A DNA stretch of 30,652 nt, taken from positions 8,114,012-8,144,663 of the forward strand of contig NC_057720.1 in NCBI RefSeq assembly GCF_004010195.1, in the 5' to 3' direction. Both the position numbers and the translations under genes were made by a program. Origin of the DNA: Chiloscyllium plagiosum (Eukaryota). The notes under the pieces are model-generated. The model was given only the letters and a program-made list of their open reading frames with translations, did not search any database and was not told the DNA's origin. Shown here piece by piece: positions 10,243 through 21,175 of the stretch. How positions within the stretch are numbered: position 1 is the first letter of the stretch; each line of letters opens with the position of its first letter.

Positions 10243-10555
10243 ATAAAGAAAGACGGCAAGATTTTCAAAGAGAAATGAAGATGGCGGGAAAGAGAAAAAG
10301 AGAGGAAGAAGGAATAAGCAAAGTATTAGGAAGGAAAGAAATAGTGAGGGGACAAAATTCAAAGAAAAGGACAGAGAGAAAGAGAGGAAGAGGAAGAAAT
10401 AAGAGAGAAAGAATTGATGTAAAGAGTGAAAGAGAAAGTGGATGAAATAAGAAAGATAGAGAGAAAGAGAGAAAAGGGAAAGAGAAAGGAGAGAGAAAAC
10501 AAAAGAAATAAAAGAAAGAGGTTGAGAAAGAGACAGGAAGAAAGGAAGGAAAGGA
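10243..10555 (+). repeat. GA-rich low-complexity polypurine tract
   Basis: ~310 bp dominated by gaaa/gaga units with few pyrimidines. Confidence 0.9.
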
Positions 10556-11631
10556 TCAGCTTATTAACATTGTTATTCAGGCCAGCACCACAGCTCTGAC
10601 ATACAGCATAGTAAAAACAGAGTACAGTTGCGACAAAATTAATGGAGAAGAGATGACTTTAAGAGATAGCTGTTAATTCAATTACTGGGTAATGTTCTGT
10701 TTCCCGCCTTTCCTTAAAAAAAAACATTACTCCCTATGCTGCTAAATAATTCTTCAGCAAATCCTAAACATCTCCCTTCACAGCAATCCCCTAATTTGCT
10801 CTCTGGAGGCCAGCTGGTAGCTAAATAATATTTAAAAAATTGGGATTCTCAGCGATTCAATATCCTTTAAACTCTCACTGCTTGCATACGACTGGAGTTT
10901 GGAGTCCTCTGTGGATCATTAGATATTGCAACAAAACACAGGAGGGATTCATCCAGCACAAACAATGAGAGCTCTGTACAGTTACAATCCTTCAGATTAA
11001 TTGAATCCGTTGGCCAGAGTCCACTTTCATTTTGGATTATCATCTCATATTGTGCTTCATTATAATATCTGAGGTGCTGGCTTGGGATAATGAGCCAAAT
11101 TAGTTTCCTGCTGCAGAACAGTAAAATGAAATACCTGCACTTTTCCAACAGGAAAGCTTACTGGGAGATAAACAAGCATGCAATTAGGAATTGCAAGTCT
11201 AATGAGCTATATTAAAAAAAAGGACAGGCCATGAAACACTTCCTTTCCGCCAATCCGATCCTGCACCAATTAAACCATAATTTAATTGGCAAAGAACATA
11301 GATACATCTTTCCTGCCCAGCATCACTTAATCTTAATGCAATTTCCCCCTCATGATATGGGAGAAACTCTGGGCAAATGCTCAAAAGAGAAAATAATCTA
11401 CTGCTTGGTGAACGTGGAAGGATGAATCAAAGATAGCACCAGAAACAAAATAACAGGGGAGCAGGAGAGGTGGGTCATGGGAATGTAGAGTAAATGACCA
11501 TCTATAATACCTATCGCAACCACATCATTTATAAGAGGGAATCTGGTGAACATTAACAGCACTGTGAGACTACCTTCATAATACTTATCACGGCCATTCA
11601 ATTAAAAGGAACCCCACATTTACAACCCATT

Positions 11632-11875
11632 TTCACCCATCTGATTCACAAATGCTCTCTCGGGAGAGCAATCTGTCATCCTAATCTGGTTTGGCCCACA
11701 TGTGACCCCAGACCCTCAGCAATGTTGTTAATTCTTAACTGCATTTGGACAATTAGAAATGGGCAATAAATATTGGCCTAACCAATGTTGCTCATACCTA
11801 TGAGCAAATCTTTAATAAAAACATTATTCAAGGATAATTAGGGACAGGCAAATAATTTTGGCTTTGCCAGTGATT
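11632..11875 (+). mobile_element. SINE 3' half (family of 17193-17527) plus second L2-type tail
   Basis: cccatctgattcac...catgtgaccccagaccctcagcaatgt...ggacaattagaaatgggcaataaa. Confidence 0.7.
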
Positions 11876-11888
11876 TATGTTCTTACAC

Positions 11889-12047
11889 TTAGAATCATAG
11901 AATGCCTACAGTGCAGATAGAGTTCATTCAGCCTCGAGCCTGAATTGACCCTCTGAAGATCATCCCAGCTCAACCATTCAATCCTTATAGCTCCGCATTT
12001 ATATTACCATGGCCAATCCACATAGCCTACACATCCCAGAACACTAT
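11889..12047 (-). mobile_element. HE1-like SINE tail fragment
   Basis: agaatcatagaatgcctacagtgcag...ccatggccaatccacatagcctacacatccc, as in 12333-12445 and 16446-16590. Confidence 0.6.
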
Positions 12048-12051
12048 ATAT

Positions 12052-12220
12052 CCTTGGACTGGAAGATTGCAAATGTAATGCTGCGTAAGAAAGATGCAAA
12101 GAATATCCCAGGGAACTACAGACCTGTAATGGTGGAAAAACTAACGGAGGCTCTCATATGGGATAAGGTAAACATGCAAGTGGAGAAAAATAGGTTAATA
12201 CTAGATAGTCGACATGGCTA
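12052..12220 (+). mobile_element. CR1 RT fragment
   Basis: DWKIANV...PGNYRPV...LILDSRHG in ORF 12009-12221. Confidence 0.8.
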
Positions 12221-12332
12221 AGAAAGGGGATGAAAATCATTGTGCTGTGGATTCTGTGCACCGTATGCCAGAAAGCTGGTGTGTGTACAGGTAATTCAAG
12301 TTTATTATGCTAAAGCATGCAGTGAACTTCCA

Positions 12333-12645
12333 CTAGAATCCCTACAGTGTCATTCAGTCGAGCACCAACCCATCAAACAGCAGGGTTCCATCCCCCATCA
12401 CCCCATATTTACCATGGCTAATCTACTTTGCCTGCATTTCCCTGGACAATACAGGACAATTTAGCACAGCCAATCCACCAAATCTGCACATCTTTGGACT
12501 GTGGGAGGAAGCCAGAGGGTGCAATGGTAACCTACATAGTTACAGGGAGAATATATTAATTTCATACAGTCATCCAAGGCTGGAATCAAACCCAGGTCCA
12601 TAGTGCTATGAGGCAGCAATTCTAACTACTGTACCGTCATACCAT
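12333..12645 (-). mobile_element. HE1/V-SINE-like SINE (diverged)
   Basis: ctgcacatctttggactgtgggaggaa...ggctggaatcaaacccaggtcc...gaggcagca collinear with 920-1221. Confidence 0.8.
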
Positions 12646-12654
12646 CCAGCCCTG

Positions 12655-13202
12655 TGTGATGTCCTATGTGTGCAGGTCAATAGAAATAAAGTCTTTCTCT
12701 ACTGAAAGACAAGGCAGGCCAATAAAGTCACTTTCAAAGGAAATAAAACAAACTTCTTTCAGCTAACGACAGAACCAAAGATCTCCAAACACCTAATGAA
12801 CTGCCACAGACAGAGCTGCGTGAATCATGCACCTTAACAGCTGCACTTTTCACAAACTAATTGTCAAAGACAAGCTAACAACTGATTTGTACTTTTTTTA
12901 ACGTTTCTTTACAGACTCTTTCATTTCTAATCTGTGTGTATGCAAGTCACATTTTATTATCTTTTCTAAAACTTTAGTAACCAGTAAACTCACTCTGTTT
13001 TTAAATTCAAGAAAGACCGGTTAAATTAGTGTCTTTTAAAACATCAATATATTTGGGCTAGAAAAAGGTATCCATGAGGGAAGGCATCCATTTAAAAATT
13101 AACCAGGTCACCACCAGCGGAGAGAGGGATGGAATTAAGAATTGGGGAGTTCATCCTTCCTAACCTGGGATTATAACCATTTGGAGGTATCTCGTCTGGA
13201 AT
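12655..13202 (+). mobile_element. Possible decayed LTR followed by a degenerate tRNA-Pro-like primer-binding site
   Basis: Starts tgtgat, ends ttataacca (13179); next tggaggtatctcgtctggaat resembles TGGGGGCTCGTCCGGGAT with a 3-nt insertion. Confidence 0.3.
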
Positions 13203-14334
13203 CATTATGTGTTGAGGAGCGTCGCCCAGACGTAACAAGATGGCAGTGTAAGCCACATGGTATCTCTCGCCCAAACCTGACATGGCAATGTCCACACAAA
13301 AAGACCCCCAACCACAGCAGGATGTAGGCATCAACACCACCAGTTTAAGTATGGCTCAAAGTCCAACCTTAGAGGCCATGCCAAACACTGATGCACAATC
13401 TCCTCATTCAACTCTAAACTTTGCAGCAGTGAGCTAGAAATTCAGGACAAATTCCAAGTTCTGTGCATGTGTTGTTGAGCTGGCTGAACACTTAATTAAA
13501 TTTAACGGGGTTTTTCTGGCACAAATTTGGTGGAAGCTTTCTCAATCATTTCCAATAAGTCTCATCATACTTTCCACCTCTCTCATTTTTCCATGCTGCC
13601 ATTAATCAGTTTGGTATCTTACTGAATCACAAGGGAGGATCCCTTGCTTTATTTTAAGGGTATGAGGGAATGGAGAACTATGTTGAGAAGCTTCCGAAAG
13701 AAGCATAGCCCTTACCAATCTAACACCTCAGCTCTGCAGGATGATGTACAACACAAAACAAAACACCTTTGAATAGTAGAGGATTATAAATTCAAGGGGG
13801 CGTTTCTTGTAGCATGCAAATTGTGACAACTCATTACTCAGTTGCCGTGAATTCTCGTTATTGCTAAGGGCGCTCGGAAGATGTCATCTGGTGAATGCAT
13901 GTTTCCCAATTGGTGAGACCAATGTTGAAGACTGCATCCACAGGCAGTAATTTGCATTGTTGTACAGCTGTAATGAAGAACTACCACTCAAATCTGCTCA
14001 AAGGACAAATTAAACTGTATTAGCTGCTTCAGCATTTCATTATACACCTGTATGCATGGGCTAAATGTGAGGCAGCTTCTGTACTGTAACCTCATGCCGA
14101 CTTCAACATCATTTTAAAACAAAATTATCAAATAGAGCAGGTTTTTCTTTTATCCTCCTCAGTCCAAAGCACTGTTATATATCCTCACCAACTCCACTTT
14201 GCTCCTTCCCTACTGACTCTAATGCCACATTTACTACTTAGTCATCTCAGTAAGATTACTGAAGAGATAATGGACACAACTCAGTCTCATTTGATGTTAG
14301 TCATATTAAAATCAGAGAATATGCTGCTTTGTAA

Positions 14335-14935
14335 TGTCATGAACCAGACCAGGCCCCCTCAATATACTTTAAGAAGGTAGCCCAGACCCTACCTTTTTCT
14401 TATTTTAGAAGTAGGTGTAAAATAGCATGTTACAGATGCAATGCGACTGGTCAAACTATTCAAAACATAATTTATTCAAACACAATCGTTAAAATACAAA
14501 CAAGAGAAAGAGGAACTTAGAATAACTGAACTGTTGGAAAACTTAACTGAATGACAGGTACAGTACCTATTACTAACTGCTCCAACATAGTGACATCCCA
14601 TAAATACGCCCCTAGGCAAAAAGGCAAATTCAGACACAGATTCTCACATGCAGTTCTCCAAGCCAGGAGGAAAAAAACATTAAGAGAAAATTCAAAGTGT
14701 AGCAGCTAAGAGGCATTCGCTGAAGCTTTGAGACCTCAAAAAGCTTTTGATGTTACTGAAGAGAAAACCTAGAAATCTGAACCAGTGGGAGCTGGCCACA
14801 CCCATACTGGCTGTTTAAAAAAAACCCCGAGGCCCCACAAGTTGCTCACAGATATTGTCTTCATTACCTCTGCCTTACAAATTCTCTTAGATAAAACAGG
14901 ATAAACTAACCTTTTAAAGTGACAGCACTGTGACA
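14335..14935 (-). mobile_element. Solo LTR (Gypsy-like)
   Basis: 601 bp bounded by TGTCA...TGACA; flanks gtaa (14331-14334) / ataa (14936-14939); tttatt at ~14471 gives a minus-strand AATAAA. Confidence 0.6.
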
Positions 14936-14974
14936 ATAATTATATACAAAGATGTATCAATAACACAAAAGATG

Positions 14975-15175
14975 GGACTAAGAGTAGATCATCTAACCCA
15001 CCAAGCTGCTCCACCACTCAATGCAATCATGAGTTCGAACTCCACTTTCCCACCAGCTCGCTCCACCTCCCTTGTTTCCTTGAGAAATTTTGTCTGTGCT
15101 AGCCTTAAATATCTTGAGTGATGGAGTATCCTTATCCCTTTGAGAAAGGGTTTTCCAAAGACTCACAACTCATTG
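14975..15175 (-). mobile_element. Old CR1 3' UTR fragment
   Basis: ctgctccaccactcaatgcaatcatg...gccttaaatat...ttccaaagactcacaac, similar to 15680-15870 and 26688-26900. Confidence 0.55.
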
Positions 15176-15252
15176 AGCAAGTCCACAGCTCAGGAGGACA
15201 CACTCTTTTCCCCGAGAGAGAGAGGTGAGCAGAAAATCTGAACTGACTGCTT

Positions 15253-15552
15253 GGGACGTCTCATCTGCCCACTTGACTGATTACTGAGGATACCATGGCA
15301 TTATTTCAAAGAAGAGCTTGTTGTCCGTGGAGGCCTGGGCAATATTGGTAGGTCAGGCAACATCACCAGAATCAAGTTATCTGATCATTATCTCGCTGTT
15401 GAATGTAGGATCTTGCTGTGCACACATTGGCTGCTGCATTTCCATTTACGACAGCAGAGTGCTTATTTCACAAATACTCTCTTAGCTATAAACCACTTTG
15501 GGATGTCCTGAGGAAGTGAATGGTGCTAGATAAATGCAAATTTTCTTTTTTC
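15253..15552 (+). mobile_element. DeuSINE-like element
   Basis: ccatggcattatttcaaagaagagc...ttatctgatcattatctc...ggatcttgctgtgcaca...ctttgggatgtcctgagg...ataaatgcaa. Confidence 0.65.
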
Positions 15553-15664
15553 TGTAAAACGCAATGGCTCATACTGTAGCATTGAAACTTCGGTGACCAT
15601 TTTCAAATTGACAGAAATCAGTTAGCTTTAGGAAAGCTGATCTCTGCTGAGTGAACATGTGACA

Positions 15665-15935
15665 AAGGAGCAACAGAATCCTGCTTGGCCATTTGATAAG
15701 ATCACGGCTGATCTGATTTTAGCCTCAATGCTACATTCCTGCATATCCCTGACAATCATTCATCCGCATGGTTATCAAGAATCTATCTATCTTTGCCTTA
15801 GGAATATTTAAAAATTCTGCACCCACTGCCTTTTCAGGGAGGGCATTACAAAGACTGATGCCCCTCAGAGAAATGTTTTTCCTCATTTCTATCTTAAATG
15901 GGCAATACCTTATTTTTAAACTATAACCCTTAGTT
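15665..15935 (-). mobile_element. CR1 3' end
   Basis: Minus translation GYSLKI...FKIEMRKN...NALPEKAVGAEFLNIPKAKIDRFL. Confidence 0.8.
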
Positions 15936-15938
15936 ATA

Positions 15939-16190
15939 GGGCAGCATGGTGACCCACAGCGCGAGAGACCTGAGTTCAATTCCACCCTTGGGAGACTGTC
16001 TGTGTGGAGTTTGCACATTTTCCCAGTGTCTGCATGGGTTTCCTCCTGGTACTCCAGTTTCCTCCCACACTCCAAAGATGTGCAGATTAGGTGGATGGGA
16101 TGAGTCTGGGTGGAATACTCTTTGGAGAGTCAGTGTGGACTCGATGGGCCAAACGGCCTGTCCCCCTATCATAGGGACTCTATGCAATAC
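15939..16190 (+). mobile_element. HE1/V-SINE-like SINE with internal deletions
   Basis: gggcagcatggtg...GAGTTCAATTCC B box, tgtgtggagtttgcacattttccc core, gggccaaacggcctg tail. Confidence 0.82.
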
Positions 16191-16445
16191 CTAGAATAAG
16201 TAGATTCACTTCTGATGGGCTGGACCTGTATCTCTGGACTGTAGAAGAGTCAGAGGTGACTTAATTGAAAGTGGGGCTGGTGAGGATACATTTAGTTAAG
16301 GAGGACAAGAGAGAAAGCTGTTCCTTATGACAACTTTGTTCAAAAAGTCAAGTTTAAGCAGGCATGATATTACAGTTAAAGTTGTGAAGGAACTTGTCTG
16401 ACAGTGGGAATGATGTTTCCTCTTGCAGGAGAATCTAAACCTCAA

Positions 16446-16881
16446 ATCTCTACAGTATGGAATCCAGGCATGGGCCCACTGAGTCCACACCAATGCTCCG
16501 AAGAGCATCACACCCAGACCCACCCCAACCCTGTAATACTGCATTCCCCAAGGCTAATCCACATACCCTGCACATCCCTGAACACTATGGACAATTTAAG
16601 CATGGCCAATTCACCTGATCTGCACATCTTTGGAAACCAGAGCACCCGGAGGAAGCCCACGCAGACATGGGGAGAACGTGCAAACTCCACAGAACAGTCA
16701 CCTGAGGGTGGAATCGAACACAGATCACTGGCCCAACGAGGCAGCAGTGGAAACCAGAGCACCCGGAGGAAGCCCACGCAGACACGGGGAGAATGTGCAA
16801 ACTCCACAGAACAGTCACCTGAGGGTGGAATCGAACACAGATCACTGGCCCAACGAGGCAGCAGTGTTAACCACTGAGCCT
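16446..16881 (-). mobile_element. HE1/V-SINE-like SINE with 117-bp internal tandem duplication
   Basis: Units 16631-16747 and 16748-16864 differ at two positions. Confidence 0.9.
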
Positions 16882-17192
16882 GTATTTGTTTAGTGAACCA
16901 CATGTACAGTGACCAGTACTGTACACTGTCTTCCAGATAAGTCACACCATTGCCCTGTAGAGTGGTAGCATAACCTTCTGACTCTTAAATTTAAAAGCAT
17001 TCCTTGTTGTGTACTGTGCACGTTCAGTCACAGTGTGCACGCCGATGTGTGGCATTTTCCACACCATCACAGCTTCGAGTCAAAAAAATATGAAATGTGA
17101 CTGCTGAGGCTTTCCTACCCTTAATAATATTCAAAGGTTCAATCCTCAACTACTGCTGCTTTATCCATCAAGAGAAGATCCCGCATAGGTGA

Positions 17193-17527
17193 GGAGGTGA
17201 TGACTTGGTGGTATTAGCACTGGACTATTAATCCAGAGACTCAAATAATATTCTGGGGGCCTGGATTTGAATTCTAGCACAGCAGATTGTGAAATCAGAA
17301 TTCAGTTAAAAACCTTGAATTGAATGCCTAATGAATCCATTGTCAAAACCCATCTGGTTCACTCCTGCCCTTTAGAGAAGGAAACTGCCATTCTTCCCCA
17401 GTCTAGCCTACACGTGACTCCAGACCCACAGCAATGTGGTTGAATCCTAACTACCCTCTGGACAATTAGGGATGGACAATAAATGCTGCCTAGTTAGTGA
17501 AACCCTGGTCCCATGAATTAGAAAAAA
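17193..17527 (+). mobile_element. Full-length tRNA-headed SINE with L2-type tail
   Basis: A-box-like tgacttggtgg, stem ctgga-ctattaa-tccag, B-box-like gatttgaattc, core cccatctggttcact...cagacccacagcaatgtggttga, tail caattagggatggacaataaatgctg...gaaaaaa. Confidence 0.8.
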
Positions 17528-19159
17528 TGCAGGTTGGGAAAATATTGGCAACGTTAAGGGTGTTGCTATTTTAACAAGTCTAGGCTTGTTCCATTATTCA
17601 TTTCTTCCCACCTCCACGCCAATGTGTGGATCAAAGATACATCGGAGGGGGAAGGGAAAAATATTTGTGAAGTAGCAGGAGAGTGTCAGGGAACACAATT
17701 GTTCCTCAGCTGTCACTCAGTAAGTCTTTGCAATCACCATGTGCTGCCTGTGATGTGCATTGTCGTCCGATTTGTGCTCCAGCCTCTCATCTTTAAAAAC
17801 AAAATCAAACTACTGGGCAGCATACAGTGCTTTAATCTGACCACCTGGTCAAGGGGCCCAGGCAATTTATGCAATTGACCCTCCTGCGACAGGTGCTGAA
17901 TGAAAGAAGCAGATTCACACTCTGATCTCCTGTCACTCTGTTTTTGAAATCATTTTCCAAATTAGTGAGTGATACCAAGAGATTTACAAAAAAAATTAAC
18001 TCTGGCCAATTACACCGAAACACTCCTTTCTTGTAAAGGGATTAATCTTTGAGGAAAGAGACAGATTACTAGCCATTTGAACCAATTTATGTTCGGATCT
18101 TGGGAACTGTGTCAGAGACAAATAATTATTGCAAGTTCTGTGAAGACAGCCTGTGCTCCCTGCTCTACAGGATACCATTATAATTTGCTTGGTAGTTTTA
18201 ATGGGAAACACCTGAGGTTACAAGCTGCTCAACAGAGATCAGCCACAGCTAAATCTGAAATGTGAGGATTCCCACAGTGAAATTAAGAAACCTGCACCCT
18301 CTCCTTGCAAGGAATGGAATGGAAACGCAAAGATGCACCTAGAATTGTCTGCCTAAACGTCACAAATTGTCCACGAGATGAGGGCAGCGAAACAAAGATA
18401 ATTGGGCGAATAAACAAGCAATCGCTGATATCATCGCCCGCTGTTCACAGGCGCAATGCTCATTAATCTGCACATCCTGAGCACGAATTATAAGCACTTG
18501 GAATCATGCCAACCAGCCACTTTGCCGGTCACCCCTTTTGCAAATCTCAGCCCATGACACCATGACCCTTTTGTGCAACTGGCGTTGCAAATTGAGCCAA
18601 ATGGCACGGAAGATGTTGGCGCTCAGGCATTCACACAGGTGCCCGCAATAGCAGACATCAGAGATTGGTAGAAAGCATCCCTAGTGCAGAATGAATTGAA
18701 TAGAGACGTTCGTATTCATTTTGAGAGCAACCAATTTGCTGGAGTGGTTTTCAAGCCTGTAATCCAATTTTTGGGTTCAGATGGTGCCTGTATACACTTG
18801 AGCACTGCCTGATACTCTACGGTATGTATTCCTGATTAGACTGCTGCTTTATAATTAGTCCAGATGTCCAACAGTCTCTGCTCTTATTAAAATAAATAAA
18901 ATTGATTTATTCTCATATAAAATCGACTTGCTAAAAATTGAGTCTCAGGACGTGGGCCATCCCTAGATGTCCTGAAAAAAGATGGGGCATCTTATCAAAT
19001 CACTGGGAACAGTTTGAGGACACTAAATGGCTTGCTTGCTGCTTCAGACAGCATTGAATAATCAACCACTTTGGTCTGGGATTGGACGAAAGTCAAACCT
19101 GATGGGGATGCCTTATTTTTCCCCCATGAAGGACATCAGTGAAACAAAGACCAGCAAGG

Positions 19160-20100
19160 CAGCCTTTGTGTGGAGCTGCAGGAGATGGGGGAGATATTAA
19201 AAGAGTATTTTCATCAGTATTTACTATGGAAAAAGACAGGGAAGATATAGAATGTAGGGAAATAGATGGTCACATTTTGAAAAATGTCCATATTACAGAG
19301 GAGGAAGTGCTGGATGTCTTGAAACACATAAAAGTGGATAAATCCCCAGGACCTGATCAGGTGTACCCTAGACCTCTGTGGGAAGCTAGGAAAGTGATTG
19401 CTAGGACCCTTGCCGAAATATTTGTATCATTGATAGTCAAAGGTGAGGTGCCAGAAGACTGGAGGTTGGCTAACATGGTGCCACTGTTTAAGAAGGGTGT
19501 AAAGGACAAGCCAGGGAACTTTAGACCAGTGAGCCTGACTTTGCTGGTGGGCAAGTTGTTGGAGGGAATCCTGAGAGACAGGATGTACATGCATTTGGAA
19601 GGCAAGGACTGATTAGGAATAATCAACATGGCTTTGTGCGTGGGAAATTATGTCTCACAAATTTGACTGAGTTTTTTGAAGAAGTAACAAAGAGGATTGA
19701 TGACAGCAGAGTGGTGGACGTGATCTAAATGGACTTCAGTAAGGCATTTGACAAGGTTCCCCATGGGAGACTGGTGAGCAGGTTAGATCTCATGGAATAC
19801 AGGTAAATCTAGCCATTTGGATACAGAATGAGCTCAAAGGTAGAAGATGTTGTGAAACTTGAAAGGATTTACAGAAATGATTTACAAGGATGTTGCCAGG
19901 ATTGGATGATTTGAGCTATAGGGAGAGGTTGAATAGGCTGGGGCTGTTTTCCCTGGAGCATCAGATGCTGAGGGGTGACCTTATAGAGGTTTATAAAATC
20001 ATGAGGGGCATGGATATGATAAATAGACAAAGTCTCGGCATGGACGGGTTGGACCAAAGGGTCTGTTTCCGTGCTGTACATCTCTATGACTCTCTGACTT
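19160..20100 (+). mobile_element. CR1 LINE with two internal deletions
   Basis: ORF 19139-19612 KSPGPDQVYPR...VPEDWRLANMVPLFKKG.KDKPGNFRPVSLT; DFSKAFDKVPH at ~19730; ORF 19890-20156 RLGLFSLE; ctctatgactct tail. Confidence 0.95.
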
Positions 20101-20296
20101 TAACTGGGTTGTCACAAAAGAACAGCAGATTCATAGTGGCTTTTACTAAGGCCTGACTTTTAAAATTTCCAAATACTTACTTTGTAATTTTATTTTAAAA
20201 CACAGAATTCACAACTAGCAACTGGGATTTACTTGGACACACAACGTCTGGATTATTAATCTAATAACTCAAACATGATCCTCTTATATCCCATTT

Positions 20297-20396
20297 TTCG
20301 ACTCTCCTGCACCTCGGATCTTGCCTGACCAGCTATGCTTTTCCGGCACCACACTCTCAGCTCTGATCTCCAGCATCCACAGTCCTCACTTTCTCC
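20297..20396 (+). mobile_element. Single arm of family A short element (hammerhead lost)
   Basis: tcgactctcctgc...tgcctgacc...ctctgatctccagcatccacagtcctcactttctcc is the reverse complement of 22758-22856. Confidence 0.75.
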
Positions 20397-20559
20397 ACCC
20401 CATAATTCTTGCCTCAACAATGCTGGTGAGAATGTATGAGTTTGAAAAGTTGGAGGAATTAGTGCTCCAAAATGGTTATATTCGCAGATAGCAGTAACCA
20501 TTTTACAAATCAGCATCACTGCTGGTCATGCAAACTGTAGCTGTCTTAGAATCACCTTG

Positions 20560-21078
20560 TGAGAGGAAAGATGTTGTTAAACTTCAAAAAAGTTATGCAA
20601 GGATGTTTCCAGAGTTGGAGGTTTTGAGCTATAGGGAGAGGCTGAATAGGCTGGGGCTGTTTTCCCTGGAGCATTGGAGGCCGAGGGGTGACCTTATAGA
20701 AGTTTATAAAATCATGAGGGGCATGGGTAGAGTAAATAGACAAGGTCTTTTCCCTAGGGTAGGGAAATTCAAAGCTGGAGGGCATAGGTTTAAGGTGATT
20801 GGAGAAAGACTTTGAAGGCACCTAAGGGGCAACTTTGAAGGCACCTAAGGGGCAACTTTATCGTACAGAGCGCGGTGCGTGTTTGGAACAAACTGCCTGA
20901 GGAGGTGGTGGAGGCTAGTACAATTGCTACATTTAAAAGACATCTGGATGGGGATATGAATAGGAAGGGTTTGGAGGGATGTGAGCCAAATGCTGGCAAA
21001 TGGGACAAGATTAATTCAGGATATCTGGTCGTCATGAACGAAGGGTCAATTTCTGTACTGTACACCTCTGTAACTCTT
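20560..21078 (+). mobile_element. CR1 LINE 3' end with 23-bp tandem duplication
   Basis: ORFs 20528-20815 (SYRERLNRLGLFSLE...GDLIEVYKIMRG) and 20875-21108 (WNKLPEEVVEA). Confidence 0.93.
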
Positions 21079-21105
21079 CGTAACTGCAAACACCATGTTT
21101 GGGTT

Positions 21106-21175
21106 TAGATCAGAGTGGCACTGGAAAGGCACAGCAGGTCAGGCAGCATCTCCAGCATCTGCAATCCTCACTTTT
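21106..21175. mobile_element. Collapsed family A palindromic element with 14-bp TSD
   Basis: accatgtttgggtt at 21092-21105 and 21176-21189; insert is a left-arm piece joined to a right-arm piece. Confidence 0.8.

Noticed and set aside
16404..16945. Overlapping ORFs with 39-aa repeats, or a CRISPR-like repeat
   Set aside because: Explained by a 117-bp duplication inside a SINE; there are no spacers and the context is eukaryotic.
19139..19612. 157-aa RT ORF as an active LINE
   Set aside because: Frameshift near 19610, an in-frame stop before DFSKAFD, and deletion of the catalytic RT core.
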